Below are positions 1-22,970 of a stretch of 64,000 nucleotides of DNA, one piece after another. The DNA comes from Reclinomonas americana ATCC 50394 (Eukaryota). The notes beneath the pieces are model-generated. The model saw nothing but the letters and a program-made list of their open reading frames with translations. It did no database searches and was not told the origin of the DNA. The translations under genes and the position numbers were made by a program. The stretch is from assembly GCA_048213135.1 (NCBI GenBank), contig PS015118.1:28371-92370 (forward strand), given 5' to 3'. Position 1 is the stretch's first letter; the number at the start of each line of letters is the position of its first letter.

Positions 1-10794
<10,794 letters not shown>

Positions 10795-11069
10795 AGAGGG
10801 AGGAGAAGGGTGTCTGATTCTTGAGGGGATGTGAAAGGCGAGAAAGGGGGTAGGGGGGAAAGGAGAAGTGGAAGTGGAATGCTCGTCGAGTCTTGTATTG
10901 GTAAGGTATTGGTGCAGTGTCCCCCAAGACAAACAAATTAGTCGAGGCTGGGTCGAGCGTGTGCAACTAGTTAACTCGTGTGTGACTCAATTTTGGTCGG
11001 TGTGGAATCAAGCCTGCGGGAGTGCCCTTGGCGAGTCTGTGTTGATCCAGAGAACAGAAGTCAGAGAAC

Positions 11070-11125
11070 ATGAGGTACTGTGTCAGCACAACAATGTTTG
11101 TCTTGATCTCCCTCACTTTGTGCGC

Positions 11126-11218
<93 letters not shown>

Positions 11219-14200
11219 ATCAGTGGTCGTCTGAGGCGGATACCGAAAGCATGGGCGAAGGAGCCAGCACGTGTGCATGCATGGGAGCTGGCAGGAAATG
11301 GCGATGAGGGTGGACTCCGAGAGTTTGTGAAGGCGGCGGACGGCGGCGCGCGTGCTCTGCTCAAGAGAGAAGAGATGGATGCAACCGGTGGTTCGGCATT
11401 TCACGTGGCCGCTGGGAGAGGACACGTGGATGTGCTCAGGTTTTTGTTGGGGACGAGCGTTGGTCTGGAACTTGCCCGTGCGGTCAACGACAAGGGTTGG
11501 ACGCCTCTGATGGCGGCGGTCAGCAACGGCCGAGTAGAGGTTGTCGACTGGCTGCTCGCTAACGAGCGACGATGTCCGCCGGAAATCGTGGTTGCGGTAT
11601 CCAATGACCGCGACGAGAATCCGCAGTCCACTGCACTGCATTATGCTGCAAAGAACGGGCATGTCATCGTCGTGCAAATCCTCGCCTCCCGGTTTCCGGT
11701 CCTCATTCCCATGGTCAACACTGAGGACAAGACGGCGGCGCAATGGGCATGCGACAGCGGGCAGCCGCATGTGGCCGAGTTGATTAGATTGCACGATGAG
11801 GTAAACGCACGTCTCCGAAGGCGTTATCCGTTGCTGTTCTTACCCTTCATCGCAGATTGTGTCGCTGAAGCAGAAAAATGAGTCGCTGGTGCGATTTACA
11901 CATGTAGACGAGCAGGTATGTGCCTTTGAGACGCAAGCAGTGCCCTGGCCGGCCAAGGTTGTGTGTTTCTGTGGTTGTACTGACGCTGAGAAAACAGCAA
12001 AAAATTGCGTTGGAGAGCCGCTGTTCAAAGTTGGAGGACGAAGTGAGTGGTGGTGTGCTCTCCACACATGGCTGTTTATTCGTCTTGTACTAATCCATGG
12101 GATCAGATCCAGGGCCTGCTGCAGGATGCCGCTCTCGTTCGTCTTCCTGTTGGTACGTAGCAGTTCCATTTTGCGCGTTCACCTGATCATGATGCCGGGA
12201 AGGCATACATTTTTGCTTGCCAGAGTACGACGAATGTTGCATGGATGTCAAGCGTTCACTTCGCTCGCCCTATGACTCTTCACGAGAGAAAATTGTGGCG
12301 GTGATGGGCAGCCTGTCGTCGCTGTACCCGGATCCTCACACTGATGTACAATGCGATGAGGAGAGCGAGAAGCTGGTCCTCGATCTGCGCGAGCTAGGTA
12401 AGGCACGTCTGTTTTATGCTGTAGATTCCGTGCACGAGGTCGTATGATGCGTATTGGTTGCTTGTATAGTCGCCGATCGTGGGGCTGTTGTCCTGGCTGG
12501 CGCAGTCGAAAATGGCGATGTTGGTGAGTGGACTGATGGCGGCTGGATAATTGTGTTCCCGCTACTTGCCTGCGATTGTAATGCGACTTGTTATTGCATG
12601 CACAGCCAGTAGCAGTGTGATGATGACTGAAGCCATCGGCACTATTGACCCAGGTGAGTGAGCCCATGAGTGGAGCGAGGAATAAGCATAGATTAGTAGA
12701 GAAGGAGTGTCCTTGCGTGGGTTTGTGCGGGAAGTGGGCGAGTGAATTGAGTGTGACATGATGTGGAGGGTTGTTCCGAGCTCATTGCCCCCGATTGTCT
12801 GGTGTGCAGATTCGAGTTTGTCACTTGGGTACGTATCTTGCGCATTATTCTCATTTCCGTACGTCTGTGCGGGTGCGCGTTGTTTAGCGACACTTATCAC
12901 TTGCTGTAGACTTGCAAGTGGGCGGGAGGTTGACGACACTGCCGAATGCTTACGGCGCTTGCGCCAGAAACTTGCGACTGACATTCTCGCTCGCATGGAC
13001 CAGTCCTCATTTCGCAATGCCAAGCTACCATTGGCTACGTGTGTCGCAAAGCAAGCGATCATCGATGCCATTTATCTCATGCAGAAGGTTGTTTCATATT
13101 CCGTGCAAAGAATACTATTCAATTCATTTATCCTATATTTGTAGATTCATCACGACACTGAGGCACTGGAAGACTTGACGGAGAAGAAGCGGCTGCTGAC
13201 TATTGCCGTGGAGGCAGCCTGCGAAGATGCCGCTCAGGTGTCTGCGGCGGCGGTCCGCGATCCTTTGCAAGTGGCCGCGGTGGACAGGGCTCTTGACCAA
13301 TTGCATGCTTCTGCATTGGTATCGGCTATCACAACTGCTGCTGTGGAGAAGGCAGCAGTGGTCAACTGTGAGGGATCGGATATGCGGGTCAACTGGCATA
13401 AGCGGCGACAAGAGCTTCGCAGCAGCCTTGACCGCGGGCGCGGTCAGCAAGCCGAACTTCGGCGGGAATTGCAAGGCATGACAGTCTACGTGGCTGATCA
13501 GCGGCAGATGCGCGAGGCAGAGCGCCAGGACTTGCTGCATCGGCTGAGGCTGAACACTGTCGCATTGCACGAACTCAGCTGTCTCAGCGCCGAGCTCGCC
13601 GAACAAGAGAAGGTTGTGCAATCGGAGATGGAACCAGTTGACGCTTGCCTGGGCGTGTTGCAAGCTCTCTCCGCAGAGAGTTCTTGCTTCCCGGAGATGT
13701 ATATTTCTGTGTATCAAGCAGCAGCTAATTCCTTGAAGCTGTGGCAAGAGGACTCTGAGCGGCGTGGGGAAGTTCCGCAGATGGTTGCCGAGACAGAGGG
13801 GCGATGCAAGAAGGAGCTCGGAGTGTGCGTCAGTCGGTTCATCTATCACAGCAAGGTGAGAGAAGCACTATAGCTAAGCAGGAAGGCTAGAAGAACAAGA
13901 CGCAGACATCTTGGCTGAGCACTGCTGAGCATTATGTATGTAATTGTCACGTGAGAGGGTTTCCGGGAGGGGTTGTGAGTGTGGATGATGGCATATACAC
14001 TGATTTGTCGAATCACTGACGCAATTTGTTGTTGCTTGTTGCCCAGCTTGAGGCGGAGATGGAGGAAAAGCACCGCAAGTTGCAGCTGCTCAGCGATGGC
14101 GCCGAACTTGCTAAGGCTCGCACACAGATGGAAGAGTCAGCGGCGCAGGCGAATCATGCCCTTGCTGGTGTCGAGAAGTGGGAGACATTGTACCATCGAC

Positions 14201-15391
14201 TGCTTGTCGGCTTCAAGCTGAAAACTGAAGGCGAGGCGACAGCCGAGATTTCTTGTGTCAAAGCTACCGCTGCCGTTGAAGCTTACAGGTATCCACTTGC
14301 GGACAACTTGAAAGTTGACTGAGTTCTTTATATATATATCTATTTATCTCATTGTTTAACAGAGCATTTGCTGCTGGCTTGCCCCTAAAACCGGTGAGAT
14401 TTTGAGCGCTGCTGCGATTTTTGAAGCTATTAATCACTCACGCTCTTGTTTACGTTAGATTATTGCGAAATGTGAGCCAAGTATCTGAAGAGTGCAGACA
14501 GAACAAGTTGGAGCGCTAGCGTTCAGTACGATTGCCGAGTCATTTAGTTGGTGCTTGATGCCATCGTATGCATTGCGAAGGGACTTGAGATTCAGCGGAT
14601 GTGTTGTTGCAGCCGCGGGACAGAGAATGTGTGTGTGCGAGTGGGGGACAGAAAGAGAATTCCAGCATTTGTGTTTGACAATCTTTGAATATTGTTGCGC
14701 TCACGGCATCTTTCATACTAGTGGCCATTGCCCATTTTGGTGAACTTTTCCACTTGTACGGTTCCGCACATGGCCCCGGCTCTGTTGGTCAGTACGGGGC
14801 ATGCTTGTCACTCCATCGTGTAATAACTTAGTGCATGCCTGCACAGACACTGAGCTGATGTCGGAGACAAGTGTGTACGCGTCCGCTGCATCCACTCCTC
14901 GTTCGCGCATTGCGAACATCGCAAGTCCATCGAATCGCATGGCACTGAAGTCGCTACAGGAACTCCTGTGCAGTCTACTGGAGTGCATTCCGACAAAGGT
15001 GGCATATCGCGGGGTGGTTGCCACAATGGAATTCGACCTGATGGACGATGGTGAGTGCGAGGACTCCTTTGCCTAGGGAGAGATGAGTGGTTTGCCCCTG
15101 CAGCTCACTGCCACCTCCGCAGGCGACATTTCCGAAGCATCCGCCCTGCACAGCGACGACACCCCAGTGCACCGGTCGGCCAACATTGTGAGCAATGCGT
15201 TCCGTCGGATCGCCGCCGCCACGGTAGAGGTGACGGGTCCGGAGCTGATGCACAATGACGACGGGGATGCACTGCGCGTGCAGGTGCGGTTCTCAAATGC
15301 CAACGTGCTGCACGAGTTGTTGGAGAGCGGCTCGCTGCGCAAGCATCTGGAGGCGGAGATTGGCGACGTGGAGGCTGGCGAAGCGGAGTGA
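11070..15391 (+). CDS. Ankyrin-repeat / coiled-coil protein, paralogue A
   Basis: Probable start ATG AG|GT at 11070. Exon 11224-11800 has three ankyrin repeats (SAFHVAAGRGHVDVLRFLL, TPLMAAVSNGRVEVVDWLL, TALHYAAKNGHVIVVQIL). Helical exons follow (~12224-12397, 12910-13087, 13145-13855, 14047-14288), then terminal exon 15123-15391. Exon order is collinear with paralogue B. Confidence 0.75.
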
Positions 15392-15503
15392 CCTGCAAAT
15401 GCGGAGTGAAGGTGGGAATAAATGCAAAGCGATCCAAGTTTGGGGGACATGCACGAGATGGAGATGCGCCAGGAGGAGAGATGAGGGAAGAGAGGAGCAG
15501 CGA

Positions 15504-15630
15504 ATGAGGCTTAAGTGATTATTTGTGTCCTGCGTCCGCAAAGTGTTTGTGTGCGGCAGGGAGGCACCAAAGGAGACCGCGTGACGCTTTTTCGCAACAA
15601 GAGACAATGCTACAGTGCGTGACTATGCAG

Positions 15631-15688
<58 letters not shown>

Positions 15689-16452
15689 CACTTATTGTTC
15701 GCGTCCCCCACTCCACCCCCAGCCGACGAGGAGGACTCCAAGTCCGTCGCAACGACTCCGCAGTGCGCAAGCGCGCCTGGATGATGGCCACCGAAGGCGA
15801 TGTGCAAGCACTGCGCGAGTTGGTGACCAGTGAGGGCGCTCGCACTCTGCTGAAGCGCGAGGAGATGAGTCCCGACGGAAGCTCGGCCTTCCACTATGCC
15901 GCCTACAAGGGCCACCTCACAGTGTTGGAGTACTTGTGGGGGGACACTAGTGTGGGAACTCAGCTTGCGCAAATGGTCACCGACTCGGGCGAGACACCAC
16001 TGATCGGAGCAGCGACCAACGGGCATCTGCAGGTGGTCGAGTGGTTGCTGGCCGATGAGCGACGATGCCCGCCGGAGATGGTGCTCGCAGTGACCAATGA
16101 TCGTGGCGGAAATCCGCAATGCTCTGCGCTGCACTATGCTGCGTGGAAAGGCCACGAAGCAATTGTGCGCGTCTTGGTGAAGCGATTCCCCGAGCTGGTG
16201 GCCATGGTCAACAAGGACGGCAAGACGGCAGCGCAGTGGGCGCGCGGTGGTGGGTTTCTGCAGTTGGCCGAGTTGCTGGAGTTGCACGCCACGGTGAGTG
16301 TGTGTGGTCACTCTCGTTCGAGCTGCGCACGTGGATGTTGATCACCGGTGCAGTGCATACGGTTGCGTGCACGAGAGCGTGACTGGAAACGGCAGTGCGA
16401 TGAGCTGCGCGCGCGGTGTTCTGCCCTGCAGAGTGAGGTGAGTGGAGGAGAC

Positions 16453-16483
<31 letters not shown>

Positions 16484-19400
16484 CAGAGACAGAAGAGAAA
16501 GAGACAGAAGAGACAGAGACAGAAGAGACAGAGACAGAAGAGACAGAGACAGAAGAGACAGAGACAGAAGAGACAGAGACAGAAGAGACAGAGACAGAAG
16601 AGACACAGACAGAAGAGACAGACAGAGAGAGAGACAGACAGAAAGTAAACAGAGAGAAAGAGACACACAGGGAGAGTGAGAGAGTGAGGCTTATAAGAGT
16701 GAGACACTGGTGATCTTTGTGGATTGGTACGGCCTATGCACTGTGGCGCTTCGTGAAGGAAGACCGAGTTGTGCATGCGCTTCTTTGATGGACGATCTTG
16801 CTGCTTCCTTTGTTTCTGACGCGCATGCACAGGTTCGTCGCCTGCAACCAGATGCGGCTCTTGTTCAAGTTCCTGATGGTGCGGTGGTCCCCTGTACCAA
16901 CGTGCACAATATGTGTGCTTGTGAACTCAACGTATTGATGCAGAGTACGACGAGCACTGCCGAGAAGTCATGCAATCTGTGCGATCCTCAGTTGATGCTT
17001 CGAGGCAGAAGGTATCGGCGGAGATGGCGAAGCTGTCTGTGGAGTTCCCCGACCCGTTTACGGGAGTGGTACCTGACGAGTCGATCGCGTTGCTCATGCG
17101 CGACCTGCGCGAGCTCGGTGAGTCTCTTGCTGGCTTGGTGGACTGGCCATGCGCTTCAATTGGTGATTTGACAATGCTGCGCAGCTGGTGTATGTTGGAC
17201 CGACGTGGAGGGTAGCGACGATGATGTGTTCAGTGTCGGTGAGAGTGGTGGTCATGGTGTGTGCGAGTTGCTATGAGGTGTCTCAAACCATACTTTACAG
17301 CCACATCCTCCTCGAGCACATTGGCAGGCGGAAACGACGACAGTTCTGCCTCGGGCTCGAGCTGCCTTTCACGGTATGCGTTCACTCTGTTACCTCACCT
17401 AGTTTGCGGTATTGCATGGTCACCGCCCGAGCAGACTCCCTGCAGGGCTCGACGCACATGAAACCGCCGAATATCTGCGAAAAATTTGTCGCGTAGCTGC
17501 GACTGATGTCTGCGCCCGCATGGATCACAATATGTTCTGCAACACCAGGCTCCCCCTGGTCTCTAGTATCACCAAGCTGGCGCTCACCGATGCGCTGGAC
17601 CTCGTGCGTGAGGTACCTACGCAGATTAAGCTTTACGATGTTGGCTGCTGCGGCACTCACTAAGTCACACTCACTCCACTTCGTGTATATGTGTGCTGTA
17701 GGTCCACGGCGACTACGCTGCGCTGGATAGCTTGATCGAGAGGACGCGCATGCTGTCGGAGGCCGTCGCTGCAGCCTCGGAAGACGCAGACTCTGAGGCC
17801 GTGTCGGCGGCCAGTGTCCGCGATCCATTGCAAGTGGCGGCGGCTGAGCAGGCGCTCGAACAGATGCAGGCTGTCGCCACCGTTTCGACAGTCACCAAAG
17901 CCGCCATGGACAAGGCTCTGCTGGTGAATCGCGAGGGATCGGACATGCGGCTGTCGTGGAGTGAGAGGCACCAGCAGCTGCGCGAGTGCCTGGATGGTGC
18001 CCATGGCCGACAGGCCGAGGTTCGCCGCGAGCTGCAACACTTGGTGGAGGGTGTTGCGAATCAGATGCAGGAGCGAGAGGCAGAGCGGGAGGACTTGCTG
18101 CGCCGGTTGAGGCTGAACACGGTGGCATTGTTCGAGCTCGGCTGTCTTGCTGAGGAGCTTTCTGAACAGACTGCCGTGGTGGAATCGCGGATGCAGCCGG
18201 TCGAGGCCTGCTTGCACGTGATGCAGACGTTGTCGCAACTGACTGCTTCTTTCCCGGACACGTTTACGACAGCATACCGGGCGGCTGCCGATTCTCTTCG
18301 CATGTGGCAGGAGGAGGAGGAGCGACGTGCGGAAGTGTCGCGGATTGTTGGCGAGACGGAGAGTCGGTGTACGAAGGAACTGAGCGTGTGCATTCGCCGG
18401 TTTATCTATTATAGCAAGGTGAAGGGTCGGGAGGGGGATGGGAGAAGGAGGGAGGGGGATGGGGGTAAGGAGGGAGGAAAAGGGGGAAGGGGGAAGGGGG
18501 AAGAAGGAAGGAAAAGGGGGAAGAGTGAGGGGGAGGAAAGAAGGGATTGCAGTACAAGCAACGGGGGTGGGGAGAAAAGAAAGTAAGGACGGATTCGAGG
18601 GAAGCAGCGACGGGGACTATGAGTGGAGTCCTCTGGCAGCATGAGTACAGAGGAAGGGGAGGGAAAGAGACGAACAAGAGAATTTGTGGTGAATGTGAGC
18701 CGCGAGACGGTGGAGAAGCAATTACAGCATATAGACTTTGTTGGAGTTGGATAGGAGCAACAAATTGAGCGCGCGGAATGCAGCGGAGGAAGGGGAGGGA
18801 AAGAGACGAACAAGAGAATTTAGGGTGGAGGTGAGCCGCGAGGTGGTGGAGAAGCAATTACAGCATGTAGATCTATAGACTTTGTTGGAGTTGGATAGAA
18901 GCAACATAGTGAGCGCGCGGAATGCAGCGGAGGAAGGGGAGGGAAAGAGACGAACAAGAGAATTTAGGGTGGATGTGAGCCGCGAGGTGGTGGAGAAGCA
19001 ATTACAGCATGTAGACTTTGTTGGAGTTGGACAGGAGCAACATAGTGAGCGCGCGGAATGAAGCGGACTGTCGACTGTCATGTTTAAGATGAGCTGTAGT
19101 GTGCACTTTACAGGGAGTGCGACAGGGAATGTGACAGTGTGACGGAGAGTGTGACGGGAAAGACACACAGTGTGACTAGTTGTGGTGTCCGAGTATTCGC
19201 TTGCTTGTCACACTTGCTTCATCGCTCTACTCGCTTGCTGACATTGCCTGTGATTGGCTTGCAGATCGAGGCGGGAATGACAGAGGAGCATCGCAAGTTG
19301 CAGTTGCTGAGCGATGGTGCTGCACTGGCAAAGGCTCGCTCGGAGATGGAATCGGCTGCATCGCAAGCGAGCAACGCTTTCTCCAGTGCGGAGAAGTGGG

Positions 19401-20389
19401 AGTCGCTGTACCGTCGCCTACTCATCGAATTCAAGCAACTGCCGGAAGCCGAAGCGGTGGCTGAGGTGGCACGTATCAAGGTCGCGGCTGCCGTTGAGGC
19501 TCACAGGTGCTGTTGACAATTTGGTGATATTTGTGTGCGAGGCTCATGTTCTCTTGTCGCGCAGTGTGTTTTCTGCTGGACTGCCATTGTCGCCGGTGAG
19601 CGCACCAGTTGCTGTTGCCTATTATATCTCCTGTCTCACTCTCTGGTTGTGTGCAGATTGCGCACAAGTGTGAGTCGAATCAAGACGTGCGTCGGTATGG
19701 CGTGCATTAATGCGTGGTTCTCATCACAGTGGGGATCGCCGACATTCAAGAGTTGGCGGAAGCATGGTCCCTGTCGGCCGCGAGTCGAGGAACCGGCTCT
19801 GTTGGTACATTGTCAGCCCGACATGCACTTTGATTCGCACAGCACTAACCATTTTTATTGAAACAGACACACAATTAATGTCGGTGTCAAGTGCACCAGC
19901 GGAGTCCACTCTGCGACCGGGCAGTGCCAGCACTGACAGCCGATCGCAGCGCGCCTCACAGTCGGCCCTGCAGAGGCTGTGCTCATTGCTGCTGGAGTAC
20001 TCGCCACGAGTGCTGTACCGAGGGTTGGTGGCCAGCATGGATTTCGACTTGACGGATGATGGTGAGTGAGTGAGAGGTGGTGGATGGGAAGGGTGCTTTT
20101 CCCTGCAGCTCACCTGTACCTCTCCGCAGGCGACATTTCCGAAGCATCCGCCCTGCACAGCGACGACACCCCAGTGCACCGGTCGGCCAACATTGTGAGC
20201 AGTGCGTTTCGGCGGATCGCCGCCGCCACGGTGGAGGTGACGGGTCCGGAGTTGATGCACAATGACGACGGGGATGCGCTGCGCGTGCAGGTGCGGTTCG
20301 CGAATGCCAGCGTGCTGCACGAGTTGCTGGAGAGTGGCTCGCTGCGCAAGCATCTGGAGGCGGAGATTGCAGTTGGTGAAGCGGAGTGA
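15504..20389 (+). CDS. Ankyrin-repeat / coiled-coil protein, paralogue B (tandem duplicate)
   Basis: Exon 15723-16293 has SAFHYAAYKGH, TPLIGAATNGH and SALHYAAWKGH. Later exons are homologous to paralogue A (e.g. VRDPLQVAA, LRLNTVAL, HRKLQLLSDGA, YRGLVASMDFDL). Terminal exon 20130-20389. The start (ATG AG|GC at 15504) is tentative. Confidence 0.72.
16450..16640 (+). repeat. ~18-bp GA-rich minisatellite (gagacagaagagacagagaca) in intron
   Basis: Direct tandem copies visible. Confidence 0.9.
18650..19062 (+). repeat. ~3 tandem copies of a ~130-bp unit in an intron of paralogue B
   Basis: Repeated ggaaagagacgaacaagagaattt...gagccgcgag...gagaagcaattacagcat...agactttgttggagttgga...gagcgcgcggaatg. 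Confidence 0.9.
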
Positions 20390-21324
20390 ATCAGGCCAAG
20401 TTATGGAGAAGGGGAAGGTGGATGAGGGGAAGGGAAGGGGAAGGCGAGAGGATAAGAGAAAGAGAGGAGTGAGAGACGAAGAAGAGAAAAGAAGAGAAGA
20501 TAAGAAGAGAAGATAAGAAGAGAATAGAGGAGGAGAAAGAAGAAAATAGTGAAAGGCCGAAAGAAAAGAGAAGGGAATAGAAAGGAGGGAATAGAGGAGA
20601 AAAAGAAAGGGACGAGTGGAAAGAGAAGGGAGAAAGGGAGGAGAGGAGAGGAAAGGAGGTGAGAGAGAGAGAGACAGCTGCAGAGAGGAGAGGAGAAGAG
20701 GGGAGAGAACAGAACAGGAGAAACTGAAGGAAAGAAGAGACGAATCTTCTTTTCACTCTCTCTCTCTGGAGAAGGAAAGAGACTTTGCTTCTTTTTTTCC
20801 TTCTCTAAAAAGGCCTGAGGAGAAGACGAGAGAAGTGAAGAGAAGAAAGGAGGATAAGATGAAGACAAGAGCAGAGGAGACGAAAGGAGAGGATAGAAGA
20901 GGATAATTGTGAAGGGCACAGAGGAGAACGCAGACGCCTTCATTCATGTCGTTCATGGCAGGGGCTCCCTCTCTCTCTGGCAAAGGGCGGATCCTTCGGA
21001 TATCAGTCGTCTGAATGCAACCGAGTGCGTCAATTCACTGTGCAGCTGCGCGTTGTTCTGCGATGCAGATCGCGGAGCTGTGGTGTTTCGTGGTGGCTCT
21101 GGATGTGGTTGGTCTTGCAAGTGCGCGATGTTGTGGTCGAATGCATTTCTCAATGATTGCCACTTCGAATCAAACCTTGTGAGCGACGCAAGCATACGTA
21201 TGCAGTAGGCCCGACCAGCAGTGACTGTTGCCTTTGTGCTTGTGTCGGACTTGGCAGCTGCGATTCGCGCTAAAAGCTATTTATGCAACATATTTTTATT
21301 TTGCATTTGGGGGTCGAGCGAAGA

Positions 21325-22933
21325 ATGGCTGACTCCGCCTGCGTTGCCAACACACACTTTGCATTCGGCCCGTGGTGTGTGCCACAGGAGCACCGCTGGA
21401 CAGTCATTCTACTGTGCTGTGTGCCACTGCTGCTCATCAACATCTTTATTGTGCGCCGCTTGAAGCAAAGGTGATTGTGACACGTGTGTATTTCCGTCAA
21501 TTCGCGCGTGTCACGTGTCACTCACTGGCATGCACGTGATCAGACGCGCTGCTGCCAAGAACAAGAATAAGAAGAAGCCTGCGAAGTGCGTGCGGCCCAC
21601 AAAGAGTGTCTCTTTCTCTCTGTGCATGCATTTTCTGATATTATAATTATTTTTTCCTGACAGAGCTGCTGCGAAAAAGGCGCCAAAGAAGCACAACAAG
21701 ACGCCGTCATCGCCCATGGGCCCACCCATCACTTTCGATTTTGACACCGCCGACTCCACTGCATCATCGGCGTCATCATCATCTTCATCGTCGAATATCG
21801 ATGAGACGGTCGACATCGACGTCGACTACGAGGCCGAGAAGGCGGTGCTGGACGAGGCAGAGGCGGCCGCACGCGAGGCCGCTCGTAAGCTGCGCTCCAA
21901 GTACACGCAGCGCAAGCGGACGACGACCACAGTTGTCGCGACCACTACTTCGACCACTGCAACTGCCGAAGTCGACAACGAAGGACCTTCGTCGCCTCCT
22001 CCTGTTGCTGCCCCATCATCGCCGCCTGCTGCAGAGCTGCCCATGTGCATCATTTGTCGAGTTGCGCGCCTGTGTGTCCTCCCATCGGACCTGTATGTTC
22101 GATATCTTGTGCTGACAACTTTTTTGATTGTCAGGAGGATGTTGCGGTCGATGAGACGTACTATGTGCTTCCGTCGTGTGCGCGTCCANNNNNNNNNNNN
22201 NNNNNNNNNNNNNNNNNNNNNNNNNNNNNNNNNNNNNNNNNNNNNNNNNNNNNNNNNNNNNNNNNNNNNNNNNNNNNNNNNNNNNNNNNNNNNNNNNNNN
22301 NNNNNNNNNNNNNNNNNNNNNNNNNNNNNNNNNNNNNNNNNNNNNNNNNNNNNNNNNNNNNNNNNNNNNNNNNNNNNNNNNNNNNNNNNNNNNNNNNNNN
22401 NNNNNNNNNNNNNNNNNNNNNNNNNNNNNNNNNNNNNNNNNNNNNNNNNNNNNNNNNNNNNNNNNNNNNNNNNNNNNNNNNNNNNNNNNNNNNNNNNNNN
22501 NNNNNNNNNNNNNNNNNNNNNNNNNNNNNNNNNNNNNNNNNNNNNNNNNNNNNNNNNNNNNNNNNNNNNNNNNNNNNNNNNNNNNNNNNNNNNNNNNNNN
22601 NNNNNNNNNNNNNNNNNNNNNNNNNNNNNNNNNNNNNNNNNNNNNNNNNNNNNNNNNNNNNNNNNNNNNNNNNNNNNNNNNNNNNNNNNNNNNNNNNNNN
22701 NNNNNNNNNNNNNNNNNNNNNNNNNNNNNNNNNNNNNNNNNNNNNNNNNNNNNNNNNNNNNNNNNNNAGAGAGAGAGAGAGAAAGGGACGAGAGAGGGAG
22801 GTGAATGAGGTGGAGAGAGAGAGAGAGGACGGACAGAATAATGGGGAGGAGAGAGGGAGACAGAGAGAGAGGGAGTGCATGAAGACGACAGGGAGAGAGA
22901 GGACGGCAGGGTGAATGAGGGAAAGACAAACAG

Positions 22934-22970
<37 letters not shown>

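Noticed and set aside
20909-21260. Short ORFs upstream of the TRIM-like gene
   Set aside because: No recognisable motif or convincing splice pattern; probably intergenic or promoter DNA.
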